This document shows, piece after piece, positions 51,908 through 64,000 of a stretch of 64,000 nt of DNA. The stretch covers positions 248,001 to 312,000 of the forward strand of contig JAVKOQ020000004.1 in the NCBI GenBank assembly GCA_031835245.2. Direction: 5' to 3'. The translations under genes and the position numbers were made by a program. Below the pieces are notes generated by a model, which saw only the letters and a program-made list of their open reading frames with translations, did not search any database and was not told the DNA's origin. Position 1 is the first letter of the stretch; every line of letters begins with the position of its first letter. The DNA is from Balamuthia mandrillaris. Taxonomy: Eukaryota.

Positions 51908-52475
51908 ATGAACTTTATCCCCTCCCCAAAAGCTGTTGCATCGTTGCTGATAGGCACTCCAGGGGAAAACTTTCAGGTGGGTGAGCCATCCAAAGAGAAA
52001 GAGCGTGACGAGATACACGTCTTTGTTGTCCATGAAGGCGTGACAAAGCCACTGCTGACGGACCGAAGAAGGCTGCTGATGGACAAGAACGCCACCCTGC
52101 GTCAGGTGCGGAGCCGTGTGGAAGCGGAGCTCGGCAGACCATTAGTCCATGAGGTAATGACCGACCACCAGAACTACCGTTTCGCGGAAGGAGGCGCTGG
52201 ACCAGCCGCTGTGGCACTTTAGCACCAAGGGCTACCTTCGCGTGGCGTTTGTGTACGACCACCTGGAAAGGCTAGCCAAGGCAAGCGAAGGGGCATTTGA
52301 GAAATTCAAAGGGCAAATGCCTGACCAGTTGGTCCCTCCGAAAGGCTCGCCTGTGAACCAAGATGCTCTCGCCTTGTGCTTGTCCCAGTCGACGATTATT
52401 GTCAAAGTATTAAATATTAAATCGCTTTTTTTGAAGAAGATCATCTCGAATTTTGATTACCGATTGGTGCTTTGA
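51908..52475 (+). pseudogene. Small intronless ORF, probably frameshifted near 52190; possible ubiquitin-like fold
   Basis: Coding-like composition. IHVFVVHEG..RRLLMDKNATLRQVRSRVEAELG continues plausibly as EALDQPLWHFSTKGYLRVAFV only after a 1-nt shift. Confidence 0.4.
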
Positions 52476-52601
52476 AAATTCGATGGTGATCGCCAGCTGA
52501 TATTATTGACAAACTTTAATAAAAATATCGCTTCGATTAATAAAAAAAAGAAGAGAGAAAGGAAGAAAACAAACAATAAAAGGAAGAGAAGGAGAGAAGA
52601 G

Positions 52602-52641
<40 letters not shown>

Positions 52642-52701
52642 CTCTTCTCTGCCTTCTTCGTTAGGCCAATAAAAAGTTACAAAAAGAAACAGAAACAAAA
52701 A

Positions 52702-54810
52702 ATGAGCACCAAGAAAGAAAAGAAAGACAAGAAGCCCAAGGCGTGGAAGAAGCTCAAGGTCTTCTTTGACGACAAAAAAGACGCCTCACGGCGACTAAAG
52801 TCTATCATCTCATTTCTAGGTACCAACCTTCCCTCTTTTTTTTTAAAAAAAATATAAAGATAACCACTTCTGTGATTCCCGGTTTCACGTTTTTTGCTGA
52901 TGCATGTTTTTTTAAAAAAAAAAAAATAAACTAAACGAAACTAAAAAGATGGAGCTCATGAGGAACCCCAAGAAATAGAAAGCTTCTTCAACACCGAAGC
53001 AGATGAAATATTCAGCGTGTTTGCCGAAAACTTTGAAGCCTACCAAGCCACCTGTAAAAAAGAAAAAGGTTCTTTTTTTTTTGAGAGCAGCTTTTTTTTT
53101 AAAAAAAACTATTTCTGATCGTTCATCCCATTGCTGGCCTGGGCGACACGCAGGCAAGTATGACGCAAAGGAATTGGGCCATCTGATAACGCTCATGAAG
53201 GCCATACTCGTGCAGCTCAGGGAGAAAGTTGCTGGCAAATGGCAAAAGCAAGGAATAGGTATGTTTTCGCTCTCCTTACGTTCTCTCTCTCTCTCTCTCT
53301 CTCTCCTCTTGTGTCTATCTATTCTCTCGTTTGTTCTACTTCGTCTCTCGTGCCTCGTTTCTCTTTTCTCGTTTCTGCACTCTCGTTCTCTTCTCGTTGC
53401 GTCTCTTGCTCTGTGGTCTCTATCGGTTAGAGACCAGAAAGAGAAGAGGGAAAGACTCACCATTGTCTCATTGGGTGCTTGTTCTGTTTACATCCAATCC
53501 AGCTTCCTTCATTCGTCAGTTGCTCTACAAGGAAAACATGCAGAAGATAAGAGTAGGCGGCTTTGAGCTGTTGCTTCAATATTTGGACAACCTGGCCGTG
53601 GTGGACGATGACATCGCCTCCATGCTGCCTGCCGCCATCAACCTCAACGTCTTTGCTGAGGATTACCATGGCACCATCACTACTGGCACCTGGGCTACTG
53701 TTTTAGAAGGTATTTGCTGGTCTTATTCGGGCTTCTCCTCCCCGTTCTCGTTTCTCTGTTCTTCCTTTCGTGTGCTTGTTGGCTAATGCTATCTTGTGCT
53801 TACAGCTGGTGATCGTTCCGAGGTTCTCCTGCCAAGTGCTTTGGGAGAGGACAACCAGTTAGAACGCTCCGTGCAGTTGCTGGTTAAAATGTTGGACTTT
53901 ATGGGGACTCACCCAAAGACATTTGAGTTTTGGTTCACCATCCTCAAGACCTACTTCCTCCGTGTACTTTATCCAGCCGTTACGGCTTCCTCCTCTTCCA
54001 TGTCCAGTGGTACCTTCTTCCTTCTTACCAAGCGAAAAAGAAAGATAACAAATGAAAGCAAAGAGCGAGAGAAGGAAAAGAGAAAAGCTCGTTCTCATAT
54101 TTACCGATCTTTATTTACTCATCACTAGTGGAAGGTTTTATACCTTATTGTCCAGCAAAGGTGCAAGACGCACTGGCCGACCAATTGGCTTTGTGGACGC
54201 GAGACGCAAAGCTACTCGCCATCATAGTCAATTCGCCGGAGAACCTTAGTTACCTTTGGGCCTTTTACAGGCAAGGCATGGCCTTGACCTCTCACTTTGG
54301 AACCGTTCGCAAGTTTTTGCATGTTTATCGTGGGCTTTGTTGGGTAACTTCCTTCTCTCTCTCTCTCTCTCTCTCTCTAACCACCCCACCTATTTCTTTC
54401 CTTCTCTCACTCTCTCATAATGCTAAATATGTGAAAACGCAAAGCCCACGGGAAGTCCCATCAAAGAAATAGAGAACAGCATCTTTGAGTATCGCAAGGT
54501 AACCAACAAGCTTATTTTAAACTTTTCAAGTCTCACCCTTTTCTTCTTCATTTCTTTTAAAAGCTTTATGTGGAAGGGCTTGCACGTCCTTTCCAACTTA
54601 CTGTTGTAGCGGAGCTGAAAGATCAGCACTGCGAAGTTTGTCGCGAAATTCTTCAACTCTACCGCAAGAACTTGGACACTGCCAAAGAAGACCCACGTCA
54701 AGAGTAATATTCCCATTACCGTCTCACTCCTTTTTAACACTCTCTCCTTCTCTCTTTCTTTCTTTCCTGTCGTTTCTTTCTTTCTTGTCATTTCTTTCTT
54801 TCTTGTCATT

Positions 54811-54902
<92 letters not shown>

Positions 54903-57900
54903 TCCTCTCGCTATGTTTGTACCGTTAATACAAATTTCATTGTTTTGTCTATTATCAGGGAAATGCTCTTGCTCAGTCTTTTGAATATGGTAATCTCTGG
55001 AGTTGTTACCAACCAAACTTGTCCCTATCTATCGGAGGCTCTTGCAGACGTTGCAGTGGAGGTAAATATCCACTGTTTTCTATTTTCTGAACTTTCTTTT
55101 GTTGTCTTCCTGCTGATCCTTCTTTTTTTTCTCTCCCATTTCTTCTGGATACATATTAGACTGCTCTCTTTGTTTGGATTCGAGTAAACACCGACAAACC
55201 AGAATTATGGGAGGCTCTGCACCAAGGCATTTCGGATCTGTTCCAGCACAGCATGGCTGCGATACGACAGGCTCGTAACGCCATCACCAAGCTTACCATC
55301 ACCCTCCGGGACATGGTCTACCCCGCCCCCCTCATTCTGAAGATTCCTGGCAAGCCTGGCGCTCCTGACCCTACTCCCACAACTTCCAGGTTAACCTTCA
55401 TTCTTTCTCTTTCTTGTCATCAATCATGTTAACAAATTGCTACAGCGGAGATATGAGTTCGACTTCGGACGATCATATCAAGGATACCGGCACGGCAAGG
55501 TAACAATGCTCAGCTTTTTATTGTCATTATGAGCAATGAAATACTCATCCTTTCCTTCTTTTGTTTAAAGACGGGACACAACCACGTTGCGCCCAGCTCA
55601 AGCATGGACGCTGGAGACCATCACCCAAACGTGGCACAATGTGCTGCGCATCTTTGACAAAATCAACACCATTGTGGACAGCAACTTGCACAAGGAGGCT
55701 CTGCAAGTCGTCACTGACACCATGGATCTTCTTCTCGACGCCGAGATCTCTGCTTTGTATGAGGAGCTTACTGATAGTAAGCCTTTCTCCTATTTTCTTC
55801 TCTTTCTGTTTCTATTTAACACGTGCCTTGTTATAGCATCACGGCCAAAGCCCTTGGAACTAGTGGATATATTTGGGCCTTGGTTATTTGAAGCATGTGC
55901 TCTTCCTAAGTGAGTAACTCAAACTTCCTCATTCTTGGTCAAATTCGATGCTGACTTTCTTTTCTCTTTTCTCTGTCAAAGCAAATATTTGGCAGGAAAA
56001 GCCAACGCTTATGCCACTCTCGGCCGCCTTGTCTGCCGTCATCACCACAATCGCCTTCCATTATCGTTCATGGTTCACTATTATCGCATTTTACTTCAGG
56101 TATGTCTTCTGCTTGCTTTTATTTTGCTTTCTTTATTAATTTTTTTAATGTTTTTGCGTCTTGCTAGGGTTTGAGTGAGCCAGAAAACACGCAATGCACC
56201 AGTGAGATTATAGTATATTCATCGGATATCTTTGCACTTGGCTTCGAAGGCTCCTCTATTTTGATTCCAGCTTATTTGGATGCGATCCAATACATTGTAC
56301 GACCTTTCTCTTACCTTCTTTTCCTCCATCAAGAGAGAGAGAGAGAGAACACAACAATCAGATTAACATCTGCCTATTTGATCATAAAAGCTGTTTGGCA
56401 ATCCAAAGCCGGCACCATCGGCCCTTGTGCAACGTAAGGCTCTGACCATTGTATGCTCCTTGATATGCTTGACTCCTCATCTGCAAGGTGTGGAAATACC
56501 TTTGTTCACTAAAGACGAACATGACAAACAAACCAAGTTCTCGTGCGAACAGGTAACCTTCATCCTATCTCTCTGATTTTGTTTTCTATTTTTTATGCAT
56601 TAACCTCACACGATTATTTTTGTGTTTGTGCTCCAAGGCCAAAGAGAAAGTATCGACTATTTTGTGTGATACGCTGTCTTTGCCGGGTTCCTCCCAGGAA
56701 ATGAAAATAATGTGCCTTTGGGGCCTCTCTGTGGCTATTGTGGAAGAATTGGCCGCTGATCATCCATCGTACTCCTCTCCTATTCCACCTGTTTCTTTTC
56801 TCTCCGTCCCTTCTTAACTTTTAAAAAATCATAGGAAAGCGAGCGTTGAGATGTGGGTAGAACGTATTCTATCAATGACCACCTTTGAGGACAGCGCAGT
56901 TGTGGATAGTGCCTGTGATTCGCTGAACACTGTGAGCAAAACTTACGATGCTCTCATGCTTCTCAATCCAGTTAACTCTCTCTCTCTCTCCTTTTTCTTT
57001 TTATTTCTATTCTGTCTTCTTCTGACATTCTCTCTTGCTTCTTTTTTTTAAAGAATTTGCCGTTAAGTGTCATTTCGACTCTTATTTGCAATGTAACGAA
57101 CAAAATGACTGGTTATGCTCAAACGACCTCAGAGACAGAGAGAGATCTGGCCGAAAAGTTAGTGACCAAACACCTTCAAGTCTTGTTGGACTGGATCATT
57201 CTTGCCCCGACCGATCTGTTCAACGACGCCTCAAGGGCTCGTGCCCTGTTTGAAGCCATCGAACTCTGCCTCTTTGGCCAAAAGCTTTCTGCCTCTTCTT
57301 CCTCTCTGGCTTCTTCCTCCCCCACTGCCTCTGGGGAGAGCAACCAACTCACCATTACTCCCTCTTCTTCCTCTGAAAGCATTCAACCTCCTCCTTCGCC
57401 TCCTTCCTCTTCTTCTGCATTTACTTCTTTCTGGGCGATGTTTAGCAGCCTTCATACCTCTCCTTCGCATCGCTCTCAGGCCATTCGCATGGGCGCCGAA
57501 ACGCTGCTCTTCACCCTCAACAACCACTTCAACTTGTTCCCGCCAAAGGAAGGCCCCGTGATCATGCACTCTGTTCTCAAGGAGCACGAGGACGAGGAGG
57601 AAACCGATATGTCCAAGTGTCTCTACTACATCTGGAACGGCTGGTCCATCATCAGCCTTCAACCTTTGCCTCCCACTGACCTTCCTCCGCCACCTCCTTT
57701 GCTCACTGGCAGTGGCAAGTCTTCAAAGGATGGAAGTGGCGGCAAAAAGAAAAAGAAAGGAGGAAAGAAGAGCAACAGAGCCTCTTCCTCTCCTCTCTCT
57801 TCCAGGTCAGGCTCTCTTGGAGGATCGAACTCCACCTCGAACAGAGGCTTTGGAGCCTCTCCCCTGAGAGCAAGGATCATTCTGCGTGACCCCACTGGTA

Positions 57901-58167
57901 AGTACTCGTGGGAGTCCTGTTTGGCGTTTGACAAGCTGGTTCCGCTTGTTCCGGTAGAGGCATGTCCTTCCCTCTTCATTCCACATGCGTCTTCTTCCTC
58001 CTCGTCCTCTTCTTCTTCTGGTAAGAGCAGTGGAGGAGGAGAGGCACCAAGGACACCCAAAAAGTCTAGCACTTATAAGAGGAACAAGGCCGTGGCACCC
58101 TTCTATTCAGCAGAGGTTGATGAAAGTGGCATAGACAAGCTGGAAGAACTCCTCAAATAGTATTGCT

Positions 58168-58199
<32 letters not shown>

Positions 58200-60061
58200 T
58201 TCTATCTCTGTTTCCCTCTTTCTCTTCTTCTCCTATTGCTTCACTGACAACTGTTGATCAACAGTTTAGGGGAGAAGCATACAGATTGTTTGCCCAGCTA
58301 TGGAAATGCGTTGAACATTCCTGCCCCTGCCGAAGAGCAGTTCCAGAAAGACTTTAGGACCTATGAGCAGCAGCTCTTAGTCCAAGCCAAAGAGGATCGC
58401 AGCGGCGCCTTCGAAAGCCTCAAGTAACTATCTTTTTTTCTCTCGTTCCTCTTAGCTAGTCTGTTCGATTCTGTGCTCTGTTATCTTCTCTTCTTTATTC
58501 TTCGATGTTCTTGTCCTTCTTGTTTTTATTGTTATTCTTCTTCTTGACAGTGGCCATGTTGTGTTACACCAGGAAATTAGGCAGTTACGCTATACAACCA
58601 CGTGCACCAACGGCACCTGGCTGGAGTCCCGCTTTCCACAGCTGCAGACTTTTGCTCAGCCATTTAGGCTTTTTGGCGGTGGAGGAGAACGAAAATACGT
58701 TCTTCCAAATGCCCGACATCACCCTCGTACAGGCCAACGAGAAAGTTCGTCGAAGCTTGTCCCAACTCGATAAAGCTTCTGTGTATGTCTCCTTTTCTTT
58801 CTTTTTTTCTTTCTTCTTCTTCTTGTTCATTTTCTTTGTCCGTTCGAAACAAACAGACGTGAGCTCTTGAAGGTGGGAGTCATTTATGTGAAGGAGGGTC
58901 AGGAGACCCAACAAGTAATCCTCCGCAACGACCGTGAGTCCCGCTCTCCCCTCTACACAGACTTTATCGAGAGCGTGGCGTGGACCACCCGCCTCAAGCA
59001 CCACTTGGGCTACTTGGGAGGATTGGATCGCATTCTGCTGAGCACGGGAGAGGACACGCCCTACTATGCCGACCATCGCTTGGAGCTCATCCTGCACGAC
59101 ATCACCTCCATGCCGACTGATCCGGAGGACCGTCAACAGATTCTCAAGGTTGGTCTCTCTCTTTTCTCTCTCTCTCTCTCTTTCGTTTGTGTATTCTTTC
59201 TTCGAAGTAACGAAAAAAAACAATGAATGAATAGAAACGCCACGTTGGCAATGACATAGTGCACATCGTCTACAGCGAGCACTCTCGCGACTATCGCCCT
59301 CTTACCATTACCAGTCAGTTCAACGATGCTCATATCGGTGCGTCGATTTGTTTTTTTTTTTTCCCTCACTTTTTCTCTTCTCTCTGCTCCTCTCTTATCT
59401 TCTCTGCTCTCCCTTCTTGTTCTTGTTCTTCTTCACCATCATTATCTTCTTCATCATCGTCCTCTCTCATCTCACCTACCTATATAAAAAAGTTATATAC
59501 CCACTGCGAAACGGGCTCTTCCGCACCCAAGTCTTTCGTAAGGAGAAAGTGGCCCTCTTCGGCCCGGTCCTGGACGGCATGGTCCTCAGCAAAAAAGTGT
59601 TGGGGCTGCTGGTGCGCCAGACCGCCATCAACGCCAACCAATACGTGCGCAACATCATGCAAGGGTATGAGCACCCCTACCCCACCCGCCGCAGGTACGT
59701 GGCGGAGTTTGCCGAGAAGTTCAGCGTGGGAAGGGAGGATGAGGCAAACTTCTTGGGGGAGGTGTGGAGGAGGAACGAGCCCAAGGCCACGATCAGCGGC
59801 GGAGGTGCAGCGGGCGGAGGAAGTTTGCTGCAACAGAGCAATAGCGGAATAAGTGCGACGGGGCATATTACCACGGTGGCCACTCCGCCGGGCACGCCCG
59901 CCAGTTCATCCGCTTCTGGGTCAGGATCCCCGGTGGGAGCGGCGATGATGGCGGCGGCGGCGGTGGTGGGAGCGGCGGCTGCTTCGTCGTCGGTTGCATC
60001 GCCTTTGTCTTCGTCAGCTTCTGGTACCGCTGTAGCACAAGCAGCAGAGAGCAAGGAGTAA
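52702..60061 (+). CDS. RALGAPA: Ral GTPase-activating protein alpha subunit homologue (tuberin/RapGAP family), multi-exon
   Basis: N-terminus DDKKDASRRLK..FAENF..KWQKQGI..LLYKENMQKIR resembles RalGAP-alpha. Also RIILRDPTGKYSW. GAP domain KVGVIYVKEGQE, YLGGLD, Asn-thumb KRHVGNDIVHIVYSEH, FGPVLDG, VRQTAINA. Confidence 0.88.
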
Positions 60062-60295
60062 AGGAAGAAGAAGAGAGATCCTCTGACTGACTTGTAGGAG
60101 TAAGGCTATGCATGTGAGAATTTTTTTTTTGTTTGCAAACAACAAACCAACCAATGCTACCCATCCCTTTTCTTCGTTCAACAAAAAGGAACAGAGAGCT
60201 AATAAACAATTGGAAGGAGTGAAGAAGAAAGAAAGGAAGAGTAGCAGCAGTGGTGCAGGGAGGAAATCATTCCTTTGGATGTGTATGTTCTGCTT

Positions 60296-60803
60296 TTAGG
60301 ACTCACCAGCAGTACGGCTTTAAAAAAAAAAACAGAGTGAAGGAAGAACTTAAACAAAATAACGAGGGAGGGATCGGGTGGAAAAGGAGAGGAAAAGGAG
60401 AAGGAAAGGGTTAGAAAAAAAAAAGGATACTTGGACCACCAGCAAGCGAAGAGGGGGATAACGAAGCCAAGAGACATGCCCGCAAACAGCTTTTTTGCAG
60501 AACGAGTAGCGATATAACCAGAGCCGGTATAGAATGGCAAAGTCTTAATTTTTTTTTTATAAAAAAGAAAGGTGTAGAGTGAGACACAGACACGAAAATA
60601 ATAAAATTCAAAGATTGAACTAATGATTGAAGTGACCAAAATAAATAAATAAATCGAAAACTACGTACAGAGCCAACGGGCTCAGGTTGAAGCCAGCCGT
60701 CTTTCCAGTGGGCGCCATGACCGCGCAGCGGAAGGCTGTTCCTGAGCAAAGCGGGGGAGGCGGCTCCCCTCCTCATAGAAGCGACCAGCAGGGAAGAACT
60801 CAT
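60296..60803 (-). CDS. Cytochrome c oxidase subunit VIIc-like small mitochondrial protein, 3 exons
   Basis: Arg/Ser-rich presequence, H..W..PEPVGS|TLPF, single TM LFAGMSLGFVIPLFACWWS, short tail. This fits the COX7c/Cox8p pattern. Confidence 0.6.
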
Positions 60804-61089
60804 CTTTGTGTGTGCGTGCTACTCTTTCTTTTTCTACTACTTTTTTTTTTCTCTCTTTTGCGACTTGGTGTGAATTTTTGCGGGTAGTTCACCCGCCGAA
60901 AGGAATCGAGTTGTGCTTCGTTTACGAACAAAATCGTCCAATGATTTTCGCCCTCAGGTGCTAGATGCTCCTGTGGACAGAACTTTGCTGCCAGGAAGGC
61001 CTCAACGCACTCCAATATTCGTCGACAAAAGTAGCGACGAAGGGGAAAAAAAACGATCAACAGCAGCAAAAAGTAGGAAGAGAGGACAA

Positions 61090-61548
61090 ATGGCTTTGAC
61101 GCTCACGACCGCCTTCTACGCTCTCACCGGCCTCAGCGCCTCCCTCTTAACAAACGCAACCATCCACCGTCCTCTTTGGAGGAGTATGTCATGCCCTTTC
61201 CCCTTTCTTTCTTTCTCCTTCCGTCCTTCCGTCCTTCCATCCTCCTTCAGATTAAAAAAAAATTTACCTTGCTGACCTAAAGTTCAATCCATCCCTCCAT
61301 CCACTCCGAACACAACAGATATGCCTCGTCACATTCTCTTTGGAGGGCTTGGCTATTGGTTGGGCGTCTGGACGGAGGAATACCGGGACAAACAAGCCCT
61401 TGGCCTGAAGCAAGCCCAGGAGTACACCCAGCAAAAGTTTTACAAGTCCTTCCGGCCCGCCCCTTTTGCCGAGAGGATCGTTGCGGAGAGGACGCCGCAT
61501 GTGCCGGCTGACTTGCAGTTGGACGCTGAACAGATTTTGAGGGATTGA
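61090..61548 (+). CDS. Complex I accessory subunit NDUFC2 (B14.5b)-like protein, 2 exons
   Basis: ALTGLSASLLTNATIHRPLWR|NMPRHILFGGLGYWLG: two short TMs separated by the N-x-x-x-x-x-P...H motif typical of B14.5b. Confidence 0.6.
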
Positions 61549-61825
61549 GAGCTCTTTGGGGACATGGAATACCGAGAAACAAATAACTGTTTTTTTTAAC
61601 GTTATGTTTGTTTGTTGTGTTATTTGTTTGCTGTCTACTGTTGTTTTTCCTTCTCTTCTCCTCGTTTTACTCTTTCATTTTGTTTTTATTTTTCTTTTCA
61701 AATTTCTGCTTCTCCTTCCCCTCTTCTATTCTCCATTCGCCTTCCTCCTTCCCCCTTCCTATCTTGTGCTTTTTTTTTTCTTGATTCTTGTGGCCCTTGA
61801 TTCCTAATTCGTTCTCCTTTTTGTT

Positions 61826-62310
61826 TCTTGTTTCTTCTTGTTCTTGTTCTTGTTCTTCTTCTTGTTCTTGTTCTTGTTCTTGTTCTTCTTGTTCTTCTTC
61901 TTCTTGTTCTTGTTATTCTTCTTCTTCTTGTTCTTCTTCTTGTTCTTCTTCATGTTCTTCTTCATGTTCTTCTTCTTCTTCTTCTTCTTGTTCTTCTTCT
62001 TCTTGTTCTTGTTCTTGTTCTTGTTCTTCTTGTTCTTGTTCTTGTTCTTGTTCTTCTTCTTCTTGTTCTTCTTCTTCTTGTTCTTCTTCATGTTCTTCTT
62101 CTTCTTCTTCTTCTTCTTGTTCTTGTTCTTGTTCTTGTTCTTGTTCTTGTTCTTGTTCTTCTTCTTCTTCTTGTTCTTGTTCTTCTTCTTCTTCTTGTTC
62201 TTCTTCTTGTTCTTCTTCTTCTTCTTGTTCTTGTTCTTCTTCTTGTTCTTGTTCTTGTTCTTCTTCTTGTTCTTGTTCTTGTTCTTCTTCTTCTTCTTCT
62301 TCTTTCTTGT
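61826..62310. repeat. (TTC/TTG)n intergenic microsatellite
   Basis: About 480 nt of mixed TTC/TTG triplets. Confidence 0.9.
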
Positions 62311-62439
62311 TCACGGCCACGTTCTTCTGGGTAGTACTTTTCTCCTCCGTGACGACACGATATAAACAAAATTAATTGAGGATCAAAAAAAGAAAAGAAA
62401 AGAAAATATTAAGGAGGAGGAGGAGGAGGAGGGAGGGTG

Positions 62440-64000
62440 ATGAGTACAAAGCCGAGGAAAGGAGGCGGCGGCAGCCAAACCAGCCAAGAGGCCTTTGCCC
62501 AGCTCAAAGAGGAAATAGACCAGTTCGTCCTCACCAGCCAAGTCAAGCCTCCCTCCCTGCTGCAACACTGGTTCTCTCTCCGCACGGCTGATTTTGCTGC
62601 CTCGGCGGGGGAGGAGGAGGAGGCGATCGGCTCCGAAGAGAACAGCGACCAGGAACCCATTTCACGCCTCGCCTCCGCGTTCAACTACACCAGGAAACTG
62701 ACCGGCAGTCGCAGCGGCTTCACCAACTTCTTCACCGGCAGGACCAAAAAATTGCTGGCCCAAAGCCTGTCCTCCCCCCACATTCGCCACCAACAGCGGT
62801 TGCTCACCTTCTCCAAGTCATCCAACGTGAAGCCCGCCGTCGCCCAAGATGACATCGAGGTGAACTATCCCGTCTCCACTACGACTGCTGCAGCAGCTTC
62901 AGCAGCTTCAACAGCGGCCGCTCCGGTGGACATGAGTGAGGCTGCCTCCAAGTCGAATAGACACACCAAGAGCTATCGCTATCGCTCGGGGAGCAGCATC
63001 GCTGGGAGTGCTCCCTCTGCGCATTCTTCTTCTTCTTCGTCTTCGTCTTCGTCTTCCTCTCCATCCTCCAAACTCCGACAAACCACCATGAAAAAGAACA
63101 AGAAGAACCTGAAGAAAGGGAAGAGAGAAAAAGAGGAGGAAGAGGAGGAAGAGGAGGAGGAAGACAAAGAAACGGGAGGACCAAAGGGAAAAGGACAGTT
63201 TGTGCGATTGAGGGAAGGCGGTTCGCTTCGTGAGTGGGCAAACACTCTTCCTTCTGCTGATACAGAAGGAGGAGGAGAAGGAGAACATGCTTTGCTTATT
63301 CAAGCGGATTTGCAAGAGTACAACGTGGAAGTTGGAGGTGGTATCTCTGCTGATGCCCTTCCTTCTTCCCCGAAGAAAGCAGAGGACAGCAACAAAAGAA
63401 GAACGGTCAACTTTGGTGGGGGTGATGATGAAGACGGAGATGAAGGAAAGAATACGAAGGAGACGGCTCCGGTAGAACCTCCTGTTTTCTTGGAGCATGC
63501 TGAAAGTGATGTTCCTTGTTACCGATGTTTCTTCCACAACCAGCGTACGCTCTCTCTCTTTGTCTCTCCATTCTATTCTCGTCTCACCCTAGCCTTGTTC
63601 TTTTCTCCTTCCTCTTCCTCTTCCTCTTCCTCTTCCTCTTCCTCTTCCTCTTCCTCTTCCTCTTCCTCTTCCTCTTCCTCTTCCTCTTCCTCTTCCTCTT
63701 CCTCTTCCTCTTCCTCTTCCTCTTCCTCTTCCTCTTCCTCTTCCTCGTTTACAATGCCATTCAACAGCACACATCAACTTAATGGGAACGCATCCACAAT
63801 TGGGACCAATGATCATTTCCGTGCTCACCAAGCAATCCTCTCCGCTTTCTCGCATGTTGCTATGGACATGCGAAGGGGAGGTAACAGCCTGGATCCCAGC
63901 CTGCAACAAAGCTGCAGAGGTCACTCACATGCTCAAAAGGACTTACTCTCAGCTGTCAACGATGAAATTCTACAAAATGGGTTCCTCGAAATCATCACAA
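62440..64000 (+). CDS. 5' part of a probable Rap-GAP family protein, truncated by the window end
   Basis: Open frame from ATG 62440 to a GT donor at 63545. Spliced FLEHAESDVPCYRCFFHNQP|HINLMGTHPQLGPMIISV resembles the region preceding the RapGAP catalytic domain, which is not in the window. Confidence 0.6.
   Translation, partial: MSTKPRKGGGGSQTSQEAFAQLKEEIDQFVLTSQVKPPSLLQHWFSLRTADFAASAGEEEEAIGSEENSDQEPISRLASAFNYTRKLTGSRSGFTNFFTGRTKKLLAQSLSSPHIRHQQRLLTFSKSSNVKPAVAQDDIEVNYPVSTTTAAAASAASTAAAPVDMSEAASKSNRHTKSYRYRSGSSIAGSAPSAHSSSSSSSSSSSSPSSKLRQTTMKKNKKNLKKGKREKEEEEEEEEEEDKETGGPKGKGQFVRLREGGSLREWANTLPSADTEGGGEGEHALLIQADLQEYNVEVGGGISADALPSSPKKAEDSNKRRTVNFGGGDDEDGDEGKNTKETAPVEPPVFLEHAESDVPCYRCFFHNQRTLSLFVSPFYSRLTLALFFSPSSSSSSSSSSSSSSSSSSSSSSSSSSSSSSSSSSSSSSSSSSSSSSFTMPFNSTHQLNGNASTIGTNDHFRAHQAILSAFSHVAMDMRRGGNSLDPSLQQSCRGHSHAQKDLLSAVNDEILQNGFLEIIT
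63609..63746. repeat. (TCTTCC)n intronic microsatellite
   Basis: Perfect hexamer array. Confidence 0.9.

Overview
Gene-dense, intron-rich eukaryotic nuclear DNA, most consistent with an amoebozoan. The Ras gene is RasS-type and introns are short and packed with microsatellites; a Balamuthia/Acanthamoeba-like host is an inference. I can support about 20 protein-coding genes, two frameshifted ORF remnants and two identical tRNA-Gly(GCC) genes in a perfect 93-bp inverted repeat. Gene order: F-box/Zn-finger protein; tRNA pair; EEP hydrolase; intronless S/P/Q-rich protein with a transposase-like Cys domain; epoxide hydrolase; cytochrome b5 protein head-to-head with an Osm1-type fumarate reductase; RasS-like GTPase; Cbl-TKB/SH2/RhoGAP/RasGEF fusion; IQ-DH-PH-(pseudo)RhoGAP; LURP-one pseudogene; ALA synthase; nurim; RagC/D; Mrt4; WCPFS thioredoxin; HIRA; three-domain PDI; RalGAP-alpha; COX7c-like and NDUFC2-like subunits head-to-head; 5' part of a RapGAP-like gene. 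Top observations: a Cbl-type TKB module joined to RhoGAP and RasGEF next to a Ras gene, a 27-bp pre-miRNA-like hairpin, a probable domesticated transposase domain, a recurrent intergenic TGTCGAC motif and unusual intron architecture. CDS coordinates are gene spans including introns, from manual splicing. Family calls rest on motif recognition, not database searches.
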